Of a stretch of 64,000 bases of DNA, positions 58,648 to 64,000 are shown piece by piece. Location: positions 60,426 through 124,425 of the forward strand of contig JBBIRR010000002.1 of NCBI GenBank assembly GCA_037441705.1, written 5' to 3'. The notes beneath the pieces were generated by a model, which was given only the letters and a program-made list of their open reading frames with translations, was not told the origin of the DNA and searched no databases. Source of the DNA: Ignavibacteriales bacterium. GTDB taxonomy: Bacteria > Bacteroidota > Ignavibacteria > UBA10030 > UBA6906. The translations under genes and the position numbers were made by a program. Position 1 is the stretch's first letter, and each line of letters starts with the position of its first letter.

Positions 58648-59973
58648 ATGTTCATTCGCAGCCGCCGCGTCGTTACTCCTGAAGGAGTACGAGATTGCGT
58701 GGTGCATGTAGAAGGAGGAAAAATCCTTGCCGTTCTCTCTCCTGCGGACGCGCCGACCGGGCACGTGGACGATGTTGGCGATCTCGTGCTCTCGCCGGGA
58801 ATCGTTGACCCGCATGTGCATATCAACGAGCCGGGCCGCACGGGGTGGGAAGGTTTCGAAAGCGCCACACGCGCAGCCGCAGCAGGCGGCGTGACGACCC
58901 TCGTTGATATGCCGCTCAACAGTTCCCCCGTTACGACGTCCGTTCACGCGCTCCAGCAGAAGCTCGCCGCTGCAGCGGGCAAGCTCCACGTCGATTGCGG
59001 TTTCCATGCGGGCCTCGTTCCGGAAAATGCTCTCACCCTCACCTCGCTTCTCTCGGCCGGAGTTCTGGGTGTGAAGGCGTTCCTGATCACCTCCGGGATT
59101 GAGGAGTTTCCTCCGGTTACCGAACATGATCTGCGCTCCGCACTGGCTGCGATTGCCTCACGCGGCCTGCCCCTTCTCGTGCACGCCGAACTGTGTTCCA
59201 GCACTGCGCCCTCTCGCACAGACAATCCGCGCAGCTACGCCGCGTATCTCGCAGCACGACCCCGCTCGTGGGAAAACAACGCCGTGGAACTCCTGATTCG
59301 TGTGTGCAGCGAGTACAGGTGCCGCGTCCATATTGTTCACGTCTCATCTTCCGACGTGCTGCCGATGCTGCGTGCGGCAAAAGAGGACGGCGTGGCGATC
59401 ACGGCGGAAACGTGTCCGCATTATCTCTTCTTTTCTGCTGAGGAAATTTCCGACGGTGCCACACACTTCAAGTGTGCGCCGCCTATTCGCGAGGGCGCAA
59501 ACAACGAATTGCTCTGGGATGCGTTGAAACAGGGAGTGTTAGATTGCATAGCGTCGGATCATTCTCCGTGTCCGCCTGCGCTCAAGCTGTTGAAGGAAGG
59601 CGACTTTGTGAGGGCGTGGGGCGGAATCTCATCGCTGCAGCTCAGCCTTGCCGCCGTCTGGACGGAAGCGCGCAAACGCAACTTCGGCATTGAAGACCTT
59701 GCACGATGGATGTCGTCGAATACGGCAAAGCTTGTCGGGCTTGACAATCGAAAGGGGGCGATAGCCGTCGGGCGCGACGCCGACTTCGTGATGTGGAATC
59801 CCGATGCGTCGTTCGTTGTACAAGACGCAATGCTGCAGCATCGCCACAAGCTGACACCGTATGCGGGACGAACCTTGTTCGGAAAAGTACACGCAACCTT
59901 TCTTCGCGGCGAGAAGGTGTATGACGATGGGAGATTCTTTCCACCGGTGGGGCAGGTGCTGCTGCGGAACTAA
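58648..59973 (+). CDS. allB: Allantoinase
   Basis: D.HVHINEPGRT.WEGF, DMPLNS.P, HAE, ETCPHYL, KCAPPIR, SDHSP, AWGGIS. Confidence 0.95.
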   Translation: MFIRSRRVVTPEGVRDCVVHVEGGKILAVLSPADAPTGHVDDVGDLVLSPGIVDPHVHINEPGRTGWEGFESATRAAAAGGVTTLVDMPLNSSPVTTSVHALQQKLAAAAGKLHVDCGFHAGLVPENALTLTSLLSAGVLGVKAFLITSGIEEFPPVTEHDLRSALAAIASRGLPLLVHAELCSSTAPSRTDNPRSYAAYLAARPRSWENNAVELLIRVCSEYRCRVHIVHVSSSDVLPMLRAAKEDGVAITAETCPHYLFFSAEEISDGATHFKCAPPIREGANNELLWDALKQGVLDCIASDHSPCPPALKLLKEGDFVRAWGGISSLQLSLAAVWTEARKRNFGIEDLARWMSSNTAKLVGLDNRKGAIAVGRDADFVMWNPDASFVVQDAMLQHRHKLTPYAGRTLFGKVHATFLRGEKVYDDGRFFPPVGQVLLRN

Positions 59974-59998
59974 ACGATCAAACAACATTCGATTTTGT

Positions 59999-61024
59999 AT
60001 GGCAGGAACGAACGAACTCGCGGCCGTCTTTCCCGGTCTCGTTGACCTTGCCTCCGAGCGTGTCGGAGGACGTGTGCTCGAGGCCAGCGACGAGTTTTTT
60101 GCAGAGAAGGAAAATCTGATCAAGCCGGGGCGCGGCACGTTCGTACCCGACAGATACACCGATCGGGGTAAGTGGATGGATGGATGGGAAACACGGCGCA
60201 AACGCTTCCGTCCCGAAGAGGCCGCGCATGCGCATGATTGGTGCATCATTCAGCTCGGACTTCCGGGCATCATCAAGGGTCTGGACATCGACACCAATCA
60301 CTTTCTCGGGAACAGCCCTGCCTACGCTTCCGTCGAGGCGTGTTCGATCGCGGATGTAAACGCGACGCGTCTGCAAGACGCGGACTGGAATCCTCTGCTG
60401 ACAAAATCTCCTCTTCAGCCCGGCGCGCAGAATTTGTTTGTCGTTGTCAGCGACCGCCGCTGGACTCACGTACGCTTGCGAATTTTCCCCGATGGCGGCG
60501 TTGCAAGACTGCGCGTCTACGGTGTGGTTGTGCCCGATTGGTCGGAACTGATGAGAGCCGACCGCATTGACCTTGCTTCGATAACCAGCGGCGGGAGTGT
60601 GATTGCCGCGAGCGACATGTTCTTTGGCAACAAAGAAAACCTTATCATGCCCGGGCTTGCGGCACACATGGGGGAGGGGTGGGAAACGCGTCGTCGGCGC
60701 GGCCCCGGTTATGACTGGGTCATCGTGCGTCTGGGCCGTCCCGGACGCATCAGCTCAATCGAAGTGGATACGTCGCACTTCAAGGGCAACTACCCTGATC
60801 GGTGTTCAATTGATGTCTGCGATGTCGCGGACGGCGAGTTGGATGCGCTCAGTGCGGGACTTGCGCAGTGGACGGAAATCCTGCCACCGACAAAGCTCTC
60901 GGCAGATACATGTCATGTGTTCGATCGCGAGCTGAAGCCGTTCGCCCGGTGTACGCACGTCCGGCTGAACATCTATCCCGACGGCGGTGTGAGTCGCCTG
61001 CGGGTGTGGGGCACGGTGGTATGA
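59999..61024 (+). CDS. alc: Allantoicase
   Basis: Duplicated domain with DGWETRR / GWETRRRR, DT.HF.GN and PDGGV.RLRV. Confidence 0.95.
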   Translation: MAGTNELAAVFPGLVDLASERVGGRVLEASDEFFAEKENLIKPGRGTFVPDRYTDRGKWMDGWETRRKRFRPEEAAHAHDWCIIQLGLPGIIKGLDIDTNHFLGNSPAYASVEACSIADVNATRLQDADWNPLLTKSPLQPGAQNLFVVVSDRRWTHVRLRIFPDGGVARLRVYGVVVPDWSELMRADRIDLASITSGGSVIAASDMFFGNKENLIMPGLAAHMGEGWETRRRRGPGYDWVIVRLGRPGRISSIEVDTSHFKGNYPDRCSIDVCDVADGELDALSAGLAQWTEILPPTKLSADTCHVFDRELKPFARCTHVRLNIYPDGGVSRLRVWGTVV

Positions 61025-61557
61025 CGTTGGCGGAATTGAATGCGCTCGATGAGCGCTCTGCCGCCGAGCTTTTCGAACGATGCTGCGGTTCGCGGCGTTG
61101 GGTGCAACAGATGGTGGCCGCTCGGCCATTTTCTTCCTTCGAACACCTGCTGCGGCAGAGCGAGACGACGTGGAAGCATCTCTCCGCGGAAGATTGGAAG
61201 GAGGCCTTCTCCCATCATCCGAAAATTGGCGATCTGGAGAGTCTGAAAAAAAAGTTTGCAAGCACGGCATCATGGGCTGCGCACGAACAGGCGGGCGTAC
61301 GATCGGCGTCGGAGGAAACACTCCGCCGCCTTGCCGAAGGCAATCGTCTCTACGAGCAAACGTTCGGATATATCTTTATCGTGAGTGCCGCGGGCAAGTC
61401 AGCAGAGGAAATGCTCGCGCTGCTTGAGGCGCGGCTGCATCATTTGCCTGAAGAAGAACTCGCTGTCGCGGCCGCCGAGCAGCAACGCATCACGCGCCTG
61501 CGGCTGGCCAACGCCATTTCCGATTCGACGCTGCAGCCGCATGATGGCAAAACCTGA
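61021..61557 (+). CDS. uraD: OHCU decarboxylase
   Basis: CCGS..W, RPF, EAF.HHPKIG, EQAG, Y...FG.IFI, EQ..IT.LRL. Confidence 0.92.
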   Translation: MTLAELNALDERSAAELFERCCGSRRWVQQMVAARPFSSFEHLLRQSETTWKHLSAEDWKEAFSHHPKIGDLESLKKKFASTASWAAHEQAGVRSASEETLRRLAEGNRLYEQTFGYIFIVSAAGKSAEEMLALLEARLHHLPEEELAVAAAEQQRITRLRLANAISDSTLQPHDGKT

Positions 61558-61572
61558 CATTGTTGGACCAAC

Positions 61573-63024
61573 ATGGAGTATCTGATGCAAGGGAGTGTAT
61601 CCCACGAGGAACTGGAGCCTATCCTGAACCATCTGCGCGAAGCCAATGTTGCATTTGCCGCGAAGTATCCGGGCGAGGCAGGCGAACGCCAGCCCGTCCA
61701 TACCGTGTACGGCGGGGCACACATCTTCACAACGGATACGGCAAGGAAGTTGGGTGAGTTGGCGCTCAAGAGCGTGCAGGAGTACGCTCCCAACTTCTAC
61801 GAGTTTGCGCGCGCCCTGCACCTGCCCGGCGCTGAAACGCTCCCGACCTCCGCGCAGCGACAGGCCGCGTTGCTGAAGCAGCTTCGGCGCAATCCCGACG
61901 CAGTCAAGCGAACGCATCCGGACGCATGGCTTGCCCACACGATCTACCATCGCGTGATCGAAAAGCTGAAGAAGGAACCGGTGGAAGATTTTCGGATTGA
62001 CTTTGAAGACGGCTATGGTAATCGGCCCGACGCGGAGGAGGACGAAGATGCCGAGCGGACGGCGCGCGCAATGGCACGCGGCCTTGCCGAGGAATCGCTG
62101 CCTCCCTTCATCGGCATTCGCATCAAACCTCTCACGGAAGAATTAAAGGCACGAGGACTTCGCACGCTGGATGTGTTTCTCACGACGCTGATGCACGAAA
62201 CCGGCGGCAAACTGCCGCCCAACTTTGTCGTGACGATTCCGAAGGTGACGATCCCGTACCACGTCAGCGCAGCCGTTGATGTCTGCAAGATTCTTGAGGC
62301 GAAACTTGGACTGCCGTTCGGCAGCGTGCGCCTGGAAGTGATGGTTGAAACGCCGCAGGCCATTATCACGCATCGCGGCGAATCGCAGCTGCCCTTGCTG
62401 ATCGCCGCGGGTGAGGGACGAATTCGTGGTGCCCATTTCGGCGTGTACGACTACACCGCACTCTGCGAGATCACCGCCGCGCATCAGACGATGCGCCACC
62501 CCGCGTGCGATTTCGCCCGCCACATGATGAAAGTCGCCCTCGCACAGACCGGCGTCATGCTCTCCGACGGCGCAACCAACATCCTGCCTGTCGGTCCGCA
62601 TCGCGCAGGCAACGGCACGCTGACGAAGAAACAGATTGCCGAAAACAAGGCGTCGGTGCATCGTGCCTGGAAACTCGCCTTCGACGATACGATGCATTCG
62701 CTGAGGCACGGATTCTATCAGGGATGGGATTTGCATCCGGCGCAGCTGCCTGTCCGCTACGCCGCCGTGTATGCGTTCTTTCTCGAGGGACTCGACCTTG
62801 CGGCACTTCGCCTCAAGACGTTCATCGAGAAGGCGGCACAAGCTACACTCATCGGCGATGTGTTCGATGATGCGGCGACGGGACAGGGCTTGCTCAATTA
62901 CTTTCTGCGCGGATTGAACTGCGGGGCCATCACCGAAGACGAGGCGCTGAGTACGGGCCTTTCTCTCGAAGAACTGCGCACGCGCTCGTTCGTCAAAATC
63001 CTGGCGCAACGAAGGAAGGTGTGA
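61573..63024 (+). CDS. HpcH/CitE/malate-synthase-fold enzyme (DUF6986-like)
   Basis: RQPVHTVYGGA, EDFRIDFEDGYG, IRIK, MVETP, HFG.YDY, SDGATN, QGWDLHP.QL. Confidence 0.75.
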   Translation: MEYLMQGSVSHEELEPILNHLREANVAFAAKYPGEAGERQPVHTVYGGAHIFTTDTARKLGELALKSVQEYAPNFYEFARALHLPGAETLPTSAQRQAALLKQLRRNPDAVKRTHPDAWLAHTIYHRVIEKLKKEPVEDFRIDFEDGYGNRPDAEEDEDAERTARAMARGLAEESLPPFIGIRIKPLTEELKARGLRTLDVFLTTLMHETGGKLPPNFVVTIPKVTIPYHVSAAVDVCKILEAKLGLPFGSVRLEVMVETPQAIITHRGESQLPLLIAAGEGRIRGAHFGVYDYTALCEITAAHQTMRHPACDFARHMMKVALAQTGVMLSDGATNILPVGPHRAGNGTLTKKQIAENKASVHRAWKLAFDDTMHSLRHGFYQGWDLHPAQLPVRYAAVYAFFLEGLDLAALRLKTFIEKAAQATLIGDVFDDAATGQGLLNYFLRGLNCGAITEDEALSTGLSLEELRTRSFVKILAQRRKV

Positions 63025-63515
63025 TGGCATACAGCCGCCGGCAAATCAGCAGGTTCGGTTACCTCTCTCGACTTTACATTGCCGCACCCGCGGTCTTATT
63101 CATCGGGCAGGCTTTCGTCTGTTTGTTCTTATCCGGATGTGTCGGCGCTGCGAGTGATGCCCGTCGTTCCTCCGTGAAGGAGTTTGATGCTCTCTGGATT
63201 CGCGAAGAGCTCTACTTCGGATCGGACATCCCGACCGGCGGAACGGTAACCGATTCTCTCTGGGAAGATTTTGTTGATCGCGAAGTTGTCGCGCGCTTTC
63301 CCGATGGCTTTACCACCGTTCCGGCTCTCGGTCGCTATCGGTACCGAACGGGTGAAATCAAGAAAGAGCCGACGCGTATCATCATCCTGTATTATCCTCC
63401 TTCGGAGAAAGAAGCATCGCGATGGATCGAGGACATCATCGAAGCATACAAGAAGAAGTTCTTTCAGGAATCGGTGTTGCGCGTACGAGGTAGAACAGAA
63501 ACAAGGTACCGGTGA
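63024..63515 (+). CDS. DUF3574-family lipoprotein
   Basis: LSGC lipobox, ELYFG, W..FV..EV..RFPDGFT, Y...F.QESVLRV. Confidence 0.8.
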   Translation: MAYSRRQISRFGYLSRLYIAAPAVLFIGQAFVCLFLSGCVGAASDARRSSVKEFDALWIREELYFGSDIPTGGTVTDSLWEDFVDREVVARFPDGFTTVPALGRYRYRTGEIKKEPTRIIILYYPPSEKEASRWIEDIIEAYKKKFFQESVLRVRGRTETRYR

Positions 63516-63522
63516 AGAAGCC

Positions 63523-64000
63523 ATGAGGTACACGCCGAGAATCAAAATCTGCTGCATCAGCAGCATCGAGGAGGCACACCTGGCGATACGCTACGGCGCG
63601 TCGGCGCTCGGACTCGTTTCTGCGATGCCCAGCGGTCCCGGACCTGTCGCGGAAGAACTGATTGCGGAAACCGTCCGCATCATTCCTCCGGGCGTCGCGT
63701 CGTTTCTGCTCACTAGCAGGCTCGACGCCGACTCGATCATTGCCCAGCAGCGCCGAACACGGGTGAACACACTCCAGCTTGTTGACCGAGTCCCCATGCT
63801 CACCTTACAACGATTGCGCGAAGCATTACCGGGTGTTGGCATCGTGCAGGTCGTTCATGTGCAGGGCGAGGAGGCACTTGCCGAGGCAATGGCTGTCGCT
63901 CCGTTCGTTGATGCAATCCTTCTCGACTCCGGAAAGCCGCAGCTCGCTGTGAAGGAACTCGGCGGTACGGGGCGTACGCACGATTGGAATATCAGCCGCA
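63523..64000 (+). CDS. trpF: Phosphoribosylanthranilate isomerase family protein, partial
   Basis: Manual translation gives MRYTPRIKICCI..EA..A...GA.ALGLV..MPSGPG...ILLDSG....ELGGTGRTHDW; runs off the window. Confidence 0.8.
   Translation, partial: MRYTPRIKICCISSIEEAHLAIRYGASALGLVSAMPSGPGPVAEELIAETVRIIPPGVASFLLTSRLDADSIIAQQRRTRVNTLQLVDRVPMLTLQRLREALPGVGIVQVVHVQGEEALAEAMAVAPFVDAILLDSGKPQLAVKELGGTGRTHDWNISR

Overview
A ~58-60% GC bacterial window. Gene content and E. coli-type sigma70 promoters suggest the Ignavibacteria/Chlorobi-Bacteroidota branch (inference). Layout: (i) 1-5.6 kb, an uncharacterised minus-strand envelope operon: a short GldL/PorL-like 2-TM protein with an intramembrane Glu, a GldM-like single-pass protein, a secreted beta-rich protein and two paralogous outer-membrane beta-barrels, followed by a separately promoted OMP gene. 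(ii) tRNA-Gln and tRNA-Glu. (iii) A 6.2-13.5 kb ArsR-controlled metalloid/thiol-redox island with two ArsR, two ArsP/DUF318 permeases, thioredoxins, CcdA, TauE, CMD, an ArsD-like protein, an FmdB zinc ribbon and two YlbF paralogues. (iv) Moco genes divergent from an Rrf2-led alternative complex III cluster that lacks ActA and ActC and has an in-frame ActB::ActD fusion. (v) Housekeeping genes: psd-pssA-purSQ-tatAA-gatA, sucD, ndk, tig-clpP-clpX, tRNA-Leu, priA, hemN and EF-G2. (vi) Two MNT/HEPN toxin-antitoxin pairs, one frameshifted and one inside a LiaF-LytS-LytTR operon. (vii) An ECF sigma/anti-sigma locus and a purine-degradation operon (allB-alc-uraD plus a CitE/HpcH-fold enzyme). The best candidate for an undescribed system is the GldLM-like motor operon, which has no GldK/GldN and instead carries twin beta-barrels. 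All family assignments come from motif recognition by eye; no database searches were run.
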